From positions 1,184,001-1,248,000 of the forward strand of contig CBDFJG010000004.1 of assembly GCA_965248445.1 (NCBI GenBank): a stretch of 64,000 nt of DNA. The letters run 5' to 3'. The translations under genes and the position numbers were made by a program. Below the pieces are notes generated by a model. That model searched no databases. It saw only the letters and a program-made list of their open reading frames with translations, and was not told the origin of the DNA. Within the stretch, counting starts at the first letter, position 1. Every line of letters starts with the position of its first letter. Positions 1 through 10,200 of this stretch are shown piece after piece. This DNA comes from Planctomycetota bacterium (GTDB taxonomy: Bacteria; Planctomycetota; JAJSAM01; JAJVHW01).

Positions 1-1818
1 CCGACGGTCCCCTTCCCCGACTGGCCCGGCGGCCGGGCCGGCACGCAGGTTCTCCGCTTCGACACGTCGACGGTTCTCCCGCGCGGCGTGTATCGCGTTG
101 CGTCGCTCTACGTCGGACCAGACGCCGAGGTGACCTTCACCAGGGGCGCGGTCGTCCGGTCGGCCGGCCCTGTGACCGTGCTCGGGAGTCTCCGGACGAC
201 GTTCCGTGGCCGGTTGCGGATCGTCTGTGACGGCGAACTGCGCATCGGCCCGGACGGTGAGATCAACACAGACGGCGGAGATCTCGAGATCGACGCGGGT
301 GGCGACATCTGCGCCGAGCCCGGTTCTCGAATCACAGGCGGGAGCGGGACTTTTCGTCTGGCGGCGCACGCACGCAACGAAGCGCAGGGCAACGTCGTGC
401 TCCGCGGCGCACAGATCGCGGCGCGCTCGGGGCTGGCTGTCATGCAGGCCGCCGGCTCGGTCTCGATCGGTGAGGCGTCACACTTCGGGTCGACGTCCGG
501 CGCCGTGCTGATCCACGCATCCGGCGGCGACGTCGAGATGACCGAGGGTTCGGATGTGCACTTCACGAGCACAAGCCCCTGGATCCGCGTGGAGGCTTCC
601 GGTTCCGTCACACTGACCGGGCACGAGACGAAGCTGCGGGCCACCGGCGGTGAAATCTGCGTTCGCTCGTTCGGTGGAGACATCGCGATCGAGAGCGGTG
701 CCACCGCGCGTCTGACCGGCGGGGACATCGACGTTGCAGCTGCGGGCGCGATCACGATCGACGGCCCGAGCGCCGTGAGCCACACTGCGGGCACGACACG
801 GATCCGGGCGTTCGGCGGCGACATCGTCGTGCAATCGCCGGGCGGCGAATCGAGCTTGCGCACGACCTCCGGCGAGATCTCCCTCGAGTCGGCGGCGAGC
901 GTGCACCTGGCCGATGGCGGCGCGGTCACGACCGGAAGCGGAACGGTTTGCGTGATCGCCCACGGCGGAGACGTGACACTCGCTCCATCGGCAGGACTGA
1001 GCGTTGAGACCCTGCTCGTCATCGCGGACGGCGCGCTGCGCATGCCGGGAGGCACGATCTATTGCGATGACGCGGTCCTCGCGGCCGAACAGGGTCCGTT
1101 GGAGATCGGGGCCGATCACACTGCCTGGGTCTCCGGCGACGTCACGCTCGTGAGCAGCGGAGTGTTGCAGATCCGCGGTCAGATCACCGCAAGGGGACGC
1201 CTCGACGTCGCGTCGCTCGACGACGACGTCGACATCGCGGGCGCTTTCCTCGACGCGTCCAACGCCTCGAGTCAGCCCGCGGGACAGGTCCACGTCACGT
1301 CGTATGCGGGGGCAGACGGCGGCATCGACGCAACGGGCACCGTCCTGCGGTCCAGGGGCGCGACCGGGACCGGCAACGCGGTCGTCCTGAACGTGCGTGC
1401 GGGTCGGATCGAGCCGTCACCCGAGCCGTCGATCAGCGTGGAGGCGCTGCGCATCCGCCGGCGCGCGAAGCGCCCAGAGCGCTCGACGATCGTGGCAAGC
1501 GGCACCATTGATCTGCCCTACTCGCAATTCACCGCGGGTCTCGCGTCGGTCAAGTTGATGGACCTCTCCCTTCCGCTGGGGTTGCAACGGAAGCGGACGC
1601 AACTCCGCGGACACACCCCAGGGCTGCGGCTGACGCTCCGACGCCGGGGGAGCGCATCCACGCACTTCCGCATTCGCTATCGCGGCGTCGTCTCCGACTA
1701 CGTCTCCGCCAACGGCACGGACCCGGTGGTCGTCGGACTCTGCCAGGAGGCGATCGACGTCATCACCAGCGTGGACCTGATCCGCGACCGCCTAGCGCGC
1801 GCCCGCGCCGGCAACTGA
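1..1818 (+). CDS. Beta-solenoid surface/secreted protein, 5'-truncated by window edge; paralog of 44792-47329
   Basis: Frame is open from base 1 (PTVPFPDWPGG...LPRGVYRVASL). Gly/Val/Ser-rich strand repeats (A-x-GGD-I/V). N- and C-terminal segments align by eye with the 845-aa protein at 44.8 kb. Confidence 0.7.
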   Translation, partial: PTVPFPDWPGGRAGTQVLRFDTSTVLPRGVYRVASLYVGPDAEVTFTRGAVVRSAGPVTVLGSLRTTFRGRLRIVCDGELRIGPDGEINTDGGDLEIDAGGDICAEPGSRITGGSGTFRLAAHARNEAQGNVVLRGAQIAARSGLAVMQAAGSVSIGEASHFGSTSGAVLIHASGGDVEMTEGSDVHFTSTSPWIRVEASGSVTLTGHETKLRATGGEICVRSFGGDIAIESGATARLTGGDIDVAAAGAITIDGPSAVSHTAGTTRIRAFGGDIVVQSPGGESSLRTTSGEISLESAASVHLADGGAVTTGSGTVCVIAHGGDVTLAPSAGLSVETLLVIADGALRMPGGTIYCDDAVLAAEQGPLEIGADHTAWVSGDVTLVSSGVLQIRGQITARGRLDVASLDDDVDIAGAFLDASNASSQPAGQVHVTSYAGADGGIDATGTVLRSRGATGTGNAVVLNVRAGRIEPSPEPSISVEALRIRRRAKRPERSTIVASGTIDLPYSQFTAGLASVKLMDLSLPLGLQRKRTQLRGHTPGLRLTLRRRGSASTHFRIRYRGVVSDYVSANGTDPVVVGLCQEAIDVITSVDLIRDRLARARAGN

Positions 1819-1819
1819 G
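1782..1819 (+). repeat. Dispersed repeat A, copy 1 (38 bp)
   Basis: ccgcgaccgcctagcgcgcgcccgcgccggcaactgag; matches 2907-2944 with 3 mismatches. Confidence 0.85.
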
Positions 1820-1825
1820 ACGGCC

Positions 1826-1865
1826 CGAGCCATACCGAGACCGGTACCAATCGGCGCACGGTGTC
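1826..1865 (+). repeat. Dispersed repeat B, copy 1 (40 bp)
   Basis: cgagccataccgagaccggtaccaatcggcgcacggtgtc; matches 3067-3101 and 6769-6808. Confidence 0.9.
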
Positions 1866-1911
1866 GGCCCGCGACGCGCAGCCAGTAGGTGGCCCGCGGT
1901 GCACGTTCCGC

Positions 1912-2025
1912 CTAGAAGTGCTTGATCGCGAGGACGAGCATCCAGATCACAGTCGGTACGCAGACCATGACGAGGACGACCACGACGCCGGACGTGTAGC
2001 GCAGCGGTTTGCGGGGCGGCCGCAT
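1912..2025 (-). CDS. 37-aa single-TM small protein (MRPPRKPLRYTSGVVVVLVMVCVPTVIWMLVLAIKHF)
   Basis: Below the ORF-track cutoff. Basic N-terminus plus hydrophobic helix, GC3-rich codons, TAGGAT -10 box 6 nt before the ATG (leaderless pattern). Confidence 0.6.
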   Translation of the reverse strand: MRPPRKPLRYTSGVVVVLVMVCVPTVIWMLVLAIKHF

Positions 2026-2100
2026 GCGGACATCCTAGGGGGCCCCGCGTGTCCCGTTACTGCTCGCACTGCCACATAGGCACATCTACTGTGCGCGGCG

Positions 2101-2865
2101 ATGTGGCCGTTCCGTGCGCGCTGTCCGTTGACCCCGGGAGATGAGCGCTGGGTTCACGAGAGCGCGCGACGCCTGGTCCATGCCCTGAGCCTCACACGGG
2201 TTCAGGACGCACAGGTGCTGCAACCGATCCCGGATCACATCCCGAACATCCACGACCGTAAGGACGAGTCGATCCAGAGGGTCTTCGCGAGCACCGCGCG
2301 GTTCATCGGCGTCGATCCACGCAAGATCCGGCTCCAGGTTTACGACGATCCGGTCGAGGTGATGCGCCGCCGGCTCCGACTTCAGCCGGCCGGGGAGCTC
2401 GGAGGTTGCATCCTCGGTACGTATGACGTCGAGAGAGGTCCGCGCATCCGGATCAGTCGCGACAGCATCCGCGACATCAGTGGTCTCGTTGCGACCGTCT
2501 CGCACGAGCTTGCGCACCACGTCCTTATCTCGGAGCTCCGCTTCGACCCACGGGACGCCGACCACGAACCGATCACCGACCTGGCGATGGTGTTCCTCGG
2601 CCTCGGGTGGTTCGGAGCGAAGGGGAGCGTCATCGACGTGCAGTGGACGGGTGGAGGCTACGAGGGCTACGAGTACGGCAAGAACGGTTATCTGCCGCCT
2701 CAACTCTGGGGCTACGCCCTCGCCATCTTCGCATGGCTCCGCGAGGAGCGCCGCCCTACGTGGTCCAAAGGCCTGTCGTCGACGGTGCGGGCCTGCATGA
2801 AGCGCGGCTTGCGTTATCTGGCGAAGAACGCCCGGCCCGGGCAGCTCCCGCTCTCGGTGGTCTGA
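2101..2865 (+). CDS. HExxH zinc-metallopeptidase-like protein
   Basis: TVSHELAHHVL motif with downstream DHEPITD acidic segment. TACTGT -10-like box just upstream of the ATG. Confidence 0.7.
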   Translation: MWPFRARCPLTPGDERWVHESARRLVHALSLTRVQDAQVLQPIPDHIPNIHDRKDESIQRVFASTARFIGVDPRKIRLQVYDDPVEVMRRRLRLQPAGELGGCILGTYDVERGPRIRISRDSIRDISGLVATVSHELAHHVLISELRFDPRDADHEPITDLAMVFLGLGWFGAKGSVIDVQWTGGGYEGYEYGKNGYLPPQLWGYALAIFAWLREERRPTWSKGLSSTVRACMKRGLRYLAKNARPGQLPLSVV

Positions 2866-2906
2866 GGCTGGTGTGTGCGGTCACATGCGATACCACACAA
2901 GCGATA

Positions 2907-2944
2907 CCGAGACCGCCTGGCGCGCGCCCGCGCCGGCAGCTGAG
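2907..2944 (+). repeat. Dispersed repeat A, copy 2
   Basis: ccgagaccgcctggcgcgcgcccgcgccggcagctgag, preceded by ATA to give the ATACCGAGA core. Confidence 0.85.
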
Positions 2945-2960
2945 CGAGGGAGGCCATACG

Positions 2961-3066
2961 ATGACAGTCTCCGACCTGACGCGCGGCCGGCGCGAGATCC
3001 GAGAGAAGTACCGATCGTTCGAGGTGCGCACGCACGGGCGCGCGTGGACACGCTCCGAACTCGCGT
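2961..3066 (+). pseudogene. N-terminal fragment of a MazG-like nucleotide pyrophosphohydrolase
   Basis: RBS GGGAGG, then MTVSDLTRGRREIREKYRSFEVRTHGRAWTRSELA, resembling the N-terminus of small MazG-like proteins. Similarity stops at repeat B. Confidence 0.45.
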
Positions 3067-3101
3067 CATACCGAGACCGGCGCCAATCGGCGCACGGTGT
3101 C
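3067..3101 (+). repeat. Dispersed repeat B, copy 2
   Basis: cataccgagaccggcgccaatcggcgcacggtgtc; another ATACCGAGA at 3117-3125. Confidence 0.9.
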
Positions 3102-3132
3102 AGGAACGCTCACGGAATACCGAGATGTCCGA

Positions 3133-6100
3133 TCACGACCCGTGCGCCTCGGACGCAGCCACGATGTCGCGGTGCAGGGGGACGTTCGCGAGCATCGCCT
3201 CGTGGTGCCGGCTCGGCGCGTACGACAGCTGCTCGTCCAGCAGTCGCCTGGCCTCCACCAAGTAGACCGGCCCGCCGGTCGCTCGCCAGAGGAGCCACTG
3301 TGTGCGAAGAGAGTGCTTACTCTGGCCGGCCGCCGCTCCGACCGCCACGGCGGCGTTCACGTCCCCGCCCGGAAGGCAGGCGAGCATCGCCTGAGCCAGC
3401 ACAGCGCCCGCCCTTCGTCCGCGCGACACGGCGAGCGACTCCTCCAGCGCGGCGCGAGCGCCCTCGATGTCACCCGCACGCCACCGCAGATCGGCGATCT
3501 GCGTCAGCGAGTCTGCGATGCCGTCTCCGTGCCCGGCCCTGCGGCGGACGGCGAGCGATTCCTGCATTAGCTGCACCGCACGGACGGTGTCGCCCTCTTG
3601 GTCGGCCAGCGAGCCGAGATGTTGAATCGCATAGGCCTCGGAGTAGGGCGAGCCGGCTTCGCGGCTGATCGCACCCGACCTCTCCAGCGTCTCGCGCGCA
3701 CGCGTGCGATCCCCTAGTACGAGCCAGAGTTCACCGAGGTTGACGAGAGCGATCGCCTCCGTGCGACGGCCTCCCACCTCGCGGCTCATTGCGAGACTCC
3801 GTTCGTGGTAGGACACCGCCTCGGAGAGACGGCCGAGCGCTCGGTACAGGCCGCCCAGGTTGCCCAGGGTGACGGCTTCACCGTGCCGGAACCCGATCTC
3901 GCGGGTCATCGCGACGGTCCGTTCGAAGTGCTCCCGCGCCTCATCGAGTCGGCCCTCGGCCTCGAGCGCGTTGCCGATATTGCCCGTGGCGACGGTCTCT
4001 CCGTGGCGGTTCCCGATCTCGCGGTGCAGCGCCCGGGCACGTTCGTGGTGCTCTCGCGCCAGGTCGACGCGGCCCATTGTCGCGTACGCACTGCCGAGGC
4101 TGCCCAGTGCCACGGCCTCCTCGCTGCGGTTCCCGTTGGCGCTGTGCAGTGCGCGACACCGCTCGTGATGCACGAGCGCGTCGTCGACTCGGCCGCGGTG
4201 ACGCAAGATGGTCCCCAGGCCGCCCGTGGCGCGGGCTTCGATGTGCTTATCGCCCGTCTCTCTCGAGACCTCGAGCGCCCGACGATAGGCCGCTTCGGCA
4301 TCGTCGTGCCGCGAGCTCCGCCACAGCACGTTGCCGAGGTCCACCGCGGCCGTCCCCTGCAGGCGCGCGTCGCCCGCCGCCTCGGCCAGGCGCTCGGCCT
4401 CCTCGGCGCAGTCCTCCTTGTGCGACGCGGTTCCCTTCGGCGCAAGCACACTCGCACGACGGAGCAACACCTTCGCGCGGTCGGTGCCGGCGAGTAGCCC
4501 GGGGACCCCGAGTGCGCGCTCCGCCAGATCGGCGGCCTCCGCGTGCAGGTAGCCGTTCGTCAGATGGTCCTGCGCGGCCTGGAGGTAGCGCAGCGCCGAC
4601 TCGCCCCGCGCGCCCTTCAGATAGTGCTCGCACAGATCCACACACAGCGCGCCGTTGAGAGACTCGGGTGCCGCCTCGCGCGCCTTCGTGCGCGTCTCGA
4701 GCGTCTCCGCGAGGGCCGCGTGGTACTCCTCTCGCAACAGTTCGGAGAGGCTCGCGTAAAGCGCCTCCTGCACCTGATGGTGGTCGAAGACGTACTCGCG
4801 TCCCGACGCACGGACGAGACGGTGCCTCCGCTCGATCTGCCCGAGTTGCCGGAGCAGCGGAATCCGAGCGAGACCCAGCACCTCCCCCACGAGCAGTGGA
4901 TCGAACTCGTAGCCCCAACATGCGGCGATGTCGAGCAGCGCCCGCTCGTCGTCGCTCAGTCCCGCTACCCGCGCGCTCACCAGGTCGAGCACCGTCGAGG
5001 GAATCTGGATGTCCTCGATCACCTGCGTCGACACCCACGTCCCGTCGGCCGCCTGTGTGATGAACTGCCCCTCGCGCAGGCCGCGGATGATCTCGAACGC
5101 GAAGAACGGGTTGCCGTCGGACTTCAGCACGATCTGCAATCCCAGAACTTCGGCCAACGCCTTGGAGCGGAACGCGTCCTCCAGCAGCCCGACGAGTTCC
5201 TTCGGTCCGAGGCGCGCGAGCTGCAAGTGGCTCGTCTGGTCCAGTCGCGTCAGGCCCGACATCCACGTGTCTGAGGCACCGCGTCGCGTCGTGCCGATCA
5301 GCAGGACGCGTTCCCCGGGCACCGCCATCGCGAGCGACGTGAAGAGCGAACGGCCCTCGTCGGGAGCGAAGTGCAGATCGTCGATCAGGACAACCGTCGT
5401 GCGCTCTGCCGCCAGAGACCGCGTGACGTTGACGAAGCAGGTCTGCGGTGAGCTCTTCGTCAGCAGTTCCACTCCGGTCGGCGCGCTCTCACCCTTGAGC
5501 AACGCATCGAACGCCGGCACGAGGATCGGGGTCTGCGTCAGGTAGGGCGCGCTCCCCGATTCGCCGACGTGCTCGCGGTACGCCGTCGAGAACGCACCGC
5601 TCGCCGTGGCGGCGCCCCCCGGTGGATAGCTTCCGAACAGGAAGTTGATGACCTCGCCGTCGCGCTGCAACCGCCCGATCAGCTCGTCCACGATCCGGGA
5701 CTTGCCGATGCCCGCCTCACCCTCGATCAGCAGGACCTGGCCATCGCTCGAGGTGGCGCGGTCGTACAGGTCGCGCAGGGTCGCGAGTTCGTCTTCGCGC
5801 CCGTACACGGCCGTCTCCCGCGGAATGCGGATGCGGCGCAGCGGACGGCTGGTCGCAGCGCGCAGAGACTGCGAACGCGCCCGCCACCACGGAGAGTCCT
5901 CGCCTTCGGAGAGGACCGCCGCCAAGTCGTGAGCTGACGCGAATCGCTTCTCGCGGTCCTTCTCGAGGAGGCAGTGCACCGCCTCCTCGAAGAACGGCGA
6001 GAGTTGGGGGTTCGCGTCGCCGAGCCGCCGTAGCTGCTCGCGCACGACCCTCTGGATCGTCGCCGTGATCCCGTCGGCCACGTACGGGTTTGTCCCGCAA

Positions 6101-6732
6101 GCGAGCTCGTAGAGAACGAGCCCGAGCGCGTGCAGGTCCACGCGGCCGTCCACGTCCGCGCCACCCTTCTGGAAGCTCTCCGGCGCGGCGTAGCAAAGCG
6201 ACCCGACGAACGCACCGGTCTGGGAGAGACGGATCGCCTCGTCGGCCAACCGCGCTACACCGAGGTCCATGACCTTGACGACGTGGTCGGCAGTGATCAG
6301 CACGTTGTCGGGTTTCATGTCGCGGTGGATCACGCCGGCGTCGTGGATGGCCGAGAGTCCCTTGGCGACTTCCTGTCCGATGTGCCGGCAGAGTTCCTCG
6401 GGGACGCGCTCTAGCTCTTCGAGCAACTCGCGCAGCGTCTGCCCCTCGACGTACTCCATCGCAATGAAGTGCTGCTCGCCGGTGGCGTCGCAGTCATACG
6501 TGCGCACCACGTTCGGGTGGCGGACCGTCTTCCCGAGTTCCGCTTCGCGCAGGAACCGCTTGAAGAATCCGGGCACCTCGAGAAGGTGCGGGTGCACGAC
6601 CTTGACCGCGACGCGCGTGCCCTCGGTCAGTCCCGGCACCCGCGCGTCGACGACGGCGGCGTAGACCTTCCCCATCCCACCGGAGCCGAGCTCCGACTCG
6701 ATGCGGTACGGACCCAGCACGTCGCCGATCAC
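3133..6732 (-). CDS. Ser/Thr kinase - STAND/AAA ATPase - TPR protein #1 (1199 aa)
   Basis: GSGGMG, VAVK, HRDMKPDN, DLG kinase motifs; Walker A GEAGIGKS; Walker B LIDDLH; GNPFF; C-terminal 40-aa TPR-like repeats. Confidence 0.92.
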   Translation of the reverse strand: MIGDVLGPYRIESELGSGGMGKVYAAVVDARVPGLTEGTRVAVKVVHPHLLEVPGFFKRFLREAELGKTVRHPNVVRTYDCDATGEQHFIAMEYVEGQTLRELLEELERVPEELCRHIGQEVAKGLSAIHDAGVIHRDMKPDNVLITADHVVKVMDLGVARLADEAIRLSQTGAFVGSLCYAAPESFQKGGADVDGRVDLHALGLVLYELACGTNPYVADGITATIQRVVREQLRRLGDANPQLSPFFEEAVHCLLEKDREKRFASAHDLAAVLSEGEDSPWWRARSQSLRAATSRPLRRIRIPRETAVYGREDELATLRDLYDRATSSDGQVLLIEGEAGIGKSRIVDELIGRLQRDGEVINFLFGSYPPGGAATASGAFSTAYREHVGESGSAPYLTQTPILVPAFDALLKGESAPTGVELLTKSSPQTCFVNVTRSLAAERTTVVLIDDLHFAPDEGRSLFTSLAMAVPGERVLLIGTTRRGASDTWMSGLTRLDQTSHLQLARLGPKELVGLLEDAFRSKALAEVLGLQIVLKSDGNPFFAFEIIRGLREGQFITQAADGTWVSTQVIEDIQIPSTVLDLVSARVAGLSDDERALLDIAACWGYEFDPLLVGEVLGLARIPLLRQLGQIERRHRLVRASGREYVFDHHQVQEALYASLSELLREEYHAALAETLETRTKAREAAPESLNGALCVDLCEHYLKGARGESALRYLQAAQDHLTNGYLHAEAADLAERALGVPGLLAGTDRAKVLLRRASVLAPKGTASHKEDCAEEAERLAEAAGDARLQGTAAVDLGNVLWRSSRHDDAEAAYRRALEVSRETGDKHIEARATGGLGTILRHRGRVDDALVHHERCRALHSANGNRSEEAVALGSLGSAYATMGRVDLAREHHERARALHREIGNRHGETVATGNIGNALEAEGRLDEAREHFERTVAMTREIGFRHGEAVTLGNLGGLYRALGRLSEAVSYHERSLAMSREVGGRRTEAIALVNLGELWLVLGDRTRARETLERSGAISREAGSPYSEAYAIQHLGSLADQEGDTVRAVQLMQESLAVRRRAGHGDGIADSLTQIADLRWRAGDIEGARAALEESLAVSRGRRAGAVLAQAMLACLPGGDVNAAVAVGAAAGQSKHSLRTQWLLWRATGGPVYLVEARRLLDEQLSYAPSRHHEAMLANVPLHRDIVAASEAHGS

Positions 6733-6768
6733 GGCGGCACGGTAGCAGGGTGCGGCGGGCGGAGTCGC
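6733..6768 (-). promoter_or_regulatory. Conserved leaderless-type promoter of kinase-STAND genes
   Basis: Minus strand GCGACT-N18-TACCGT (extended TG)-GCCGCC-GTG. The same block precedes 10945 and, with a deletion, 12054. Confidence 0.55.
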
Positions 6769-6808
6769 CGAGCCACACCGAGACCGGTGCCAATCGGCGC
6801 ACGGGGTC
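6769..6808 (+). repeat. Dispersed repeat B, copy 3
   Basis: cgagccacaccgagaccggtgccaatcggcgcacggggtc; 3 mismatches to 1826-1865. Confidence 0.9.
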
Positions 6809-6986
6809 CGCGATGTGGCTGCGGAGGGGCCGGCTCAAGCCTGCACCGCGCCCGACGGGCTGCGTTCGGCACGCGTCGTTCCTCGGCGCGCCGAAGCACC
6901 CGCCGCAAGAGGGAACTACGGGCCGCTTGCCGGCAGCGAGTCGCATCGAGGTGCGCGGAACAGCATTGGCTCTAACGAGTTGCGTG

Positions 6987-7031
6987 TGGCACGCCCGTGA
7001 GGAGTAGAACCTCAAACCTCCTGATCCGTAG
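6987..7031 (-). repeat. 3' half of tRNA-Arg(ACG), att-site remnant 1
   Basis: Reverse complement CTACGGATCAGGAGGTTTGAGGTTCTACTCCTCACGGGCGTGCCA runs from the anticodon loop to CCA, with one T-loop mutation and no 5' half. Confidence 0.85.
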
Positions 7032-7101
7032 ACGGAGAGAGTCAGCCTTGTACGCTCGCCCGACGTGTCGCATGTGTCGCACCGTCTGCACGGTGTCGCA
7101 G
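7016..7101 (+). repeat. 86-bp island-end repeat (copy of 14003-14088) with three GTGTCGCA motifs
   Basis: About 5 mismatches versus 14003-14088; abuts the tRNA fragment. Confidence 0.85.
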
Positions 7102-7216
7102 GGTTAATCGAACTGGATCGAACTCGACAGCGGGGAATCCTCCGGGTGCCACCCCCGTCTTCGCGGTACCACCCGTTGCCGCGAGCAGGCAGTCGTTCCG
7201 CCGCGGAGTTCGTCCG

Positions 7217-10200
7217 CTACTCGCCGCCGCCCTGCTCCTCCCAAGCGGCCATGATCTCGCGGCTCAGGCGGAGGTTCGTGAGCATCGACTGCCGCGTCTC
7301 CTCATCGACGTGCGCCACCGACTCGTCGAGCAGGCGCTTGGCCTCTTCGAGATGCGCGCGGTCGCCGGTCGCGCGGAAGAGCAGCCAGCGCACGCGCGGT
7401 GTGTCGCCCGCTTCGCCCGCTTCGACGAGCGCCGTCTCCGCCGCGTCGCTGTCGCCACCCACCAGGCAGGCAAGCAGCGTGAGTGCCAGCGCGACCTGGG
7501 GGGCGCGGCCCTGCTCACGCGAGAGACGGAGCGCCTCGTCGAGAGAGGTTCTCGCGGCGCCTGCGTCGCCTGCCCGGCGACAGAGATCCCCGCGTTCGAT
7601 GAGCGAGTCAGCGACACCGTCGCCGTGCCCGATCTTGCGTCGCAGCGCCAGCGACTCCCCGGTGAGCTGCAACGCCTCGCCGGGGTTGCCCTCCTCGTCC
7701 TCCAACCGACCGAGATCGAGCAGACCGTACCCCTCGGGATACTGCGCGCCGATCTCTCGGCACAGCGCCACGGACTCGTCGAGGGCACGGCGCGCCCGGA
7801 CCCGGTTGCCGAGTGCGTGCCACGTCGGGCCGAGGTTGACGAGTGCGATGGCCTCACCCCCCCGGTATCTGATCTCGCGGGAGAGCGCGAGATGCCGCTC
7901 GAAGTACGCCTTCGCCTCATCGGGGCGGCCCTGGGACTTGAAGACGGAGCCCAGGTTCCCCGTGGCTCTGGCCTCGGCCAACCGGTCCCCGATCTCGCGG
8001 GAGAGCGCGAGTTGCCGCTCCTGGTGCTCCTGCGCCTCGGCGAGGCGGCCCTGGAAGACGAAGACGTTGCCCAGGTTCCCCGTCGCGGTGGTCTCGCCCC
8101 GCCGGTCCCCGATCTCGCGGGTCATCGCGAGATGTCGCTCGTAGTGCTCCTGCGCCTCGGCGAGGCGGCCCTGGGAGGAGAAGACGACGCCCAGGCTCCC
8201 CGTGGCGCGGGCCTCCCCCAACCGGTCCCCGATCTCGCGGGAGAGCGCGAGTTGCCGCTCCTGGTGCTCCTGCGCCTCGGCGAGGCGGCCCTGGTAGGCG
8301 AAGACGTTACCCAGGTGCCCCGTCGCGGTGGCCTCGCCCCGCCGGTCCCCGATCTCGCGGGTCATCGCGAGATGCCACTCGAAGGACGCCTTCGCCTCAG
8401 CGAGGCGGCCCTGGGACTCGAAGACGGAGCCCAGGTTCCCCGTGGCTCTGGCCTCGGCCTTCTGGTCGCCGCGGGCCACCGCGAGTTCGAGCGCGCGGCG
8501 GAAGGCCGCCTCGGCCTCGGTGTGGCGGGAGGTGCGATAGAAGACCGCGCCGAGCGCGGTCGCCGCCTGGCCGCGCACCCCGTCGTCGCCCGCTTCCTCG
8601 GCCAGGCGCTCGGCCTCCCGCGCGCACTCCTCATGACGGGTGCGGCGGCCCATCGTGTCGAGCGCGTCAGCGAGCCGCAGCAGCGCCTTCGCGCGCTCGG
8701 TGCCCACGAGGAGGCCCGGGACGGCGAGGGCGCGGTCGGTGAGCGCCACGACCTGCGCGTGCAGGTAGCCCTTGGTCAGATGCGCACACGCCGCGGGGAG
8801 GTAGCGCACCGCCGACGCGCCGCGCGCGCCCTTCAAGTAGTGCTCAGCGAGGTCCACAGAGAGCGCGCCGTCGAGCGTCTCAGGGTCCTTGTCGACGGCC
8901 TTCCCTCGCGTCTCGAGCGCCTCGGCGAGGGCGGCGTGGTACTCCTCACGGATTGCTTCGGCCAGGCGTCCGTAGAGGTGCTCTTGGATCGCGTGGTGAT
9001 CGAATGCGAAACGCCCGCCGGTCGCGCGCACCAGTCCGTGCTGGCGTTCGAGCGCACCGAACGTGCGAAGCGCCGGAAGCGTACGGACGCCGAGGGCCTC
9101 GGCCACCAGCCGACCGTCGAACTCGAAGCCCCAGCACGCGGCGCACTCGAGCAGTTCCCGCTGCTCCTCGTCAAGCCCGTCGAGTCGTGCATCAAGGAGA
9201 CTCTGCACCGTGTCCGGGATCTCGATCTCGACTCCGTCCTCGCCGGTGAGCCGGAGGCCGTCGTCTGTCTCTGAGATCGCACCGCGTTCCCGCAGCGAGC
9301 GCAGGATCTCGACCAGGAACAGCGGGTTGCCATCGGCCTTCTCAGCGATAGCCGACGCGAGGCGTTCTGCGTGAAGTGACTCGCCCACGAGCGGGCTGAG
9401 CAGACGCGACACGTCCTCCGCGCCTAGGCGCCGCACCTCGCGGTGCTTCACATGGTCGAGTCGCTGCAAGTTGGCGAGCCAGTCCGTAGGGAGTCCCGGG
9501 CGCGCGGTGCCGACGAGCAGGACACGGTGGTCGGGCACCGCTGCGGCGAGTGACGCGAACAGTGCACGGCCCTCCTCAGGGGCGAAGTGCAGATCGTCGA
9601 TGACGATGACGGTCGGGCGCTCCCGCCCGAGTGCGCGCGTCGCGTGGACGAACACGGTCTTGAGTGAGTCCGATGTCAGGGGCTGTGCGTCTTCGGGCGG
9701 TGCATCCCCGCGCAGGACGGCGTCGAACGCCGGCACGAGGAGCGGCGTCTCCGACAGGTAGGACGCGCAGCCCGCGTTCCCGAACTGCTCTCGGTACGCC
9801 GTCGAGAACGCCCCCGTGGCCGTCGCTGCGCCTCCAGGCGGGTAGGACCCGTAGAGGAAGTTCACGTCCTCGCCGTCCATCTCGAGCCGCCGCATCAACT
9901 CGTCGATGAGCCGCGACTTGCCGATGCCCGCCTCGCCCTCGAGCAGAACGACTTGCCCGTCACCAGCCTTCGCCGCATCGAACGCCGACCGTAGCTCCGC
10001 AAGCTCCTGCTCACGCCCGACACACTCCATGTCGCGCGGAATACGGATGCTCCAGGTGGGCCGCCTGGTCTGTTGGTGCAGCACGGTGGACTTGAGAGAC
10101 CACCAGGAGTCGTCCTCGCCCCGTTCGAGGAGCTCGGCCAGCCGACACGCGCTCTCGATACGGTCGGCCGGTTTCTTCGAGAGCAGGACGAGGAGCAGTT

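Noticed and set aside
1826..6808. Repeat B as CRISPR repeats or integron attC sites
   Set aside because: Spacing is kilobases and irregular; no GTTRRRY/RYYYAAC ends and no integron integrase.
7861..8460. TPR repeats as DGR template/variable repeat or CRISPR array
   Set aside because: Contiguous in-frame coding repeats with no spacers, no adenine-only variation, and no reverse transcriptase or cas gene in the window.
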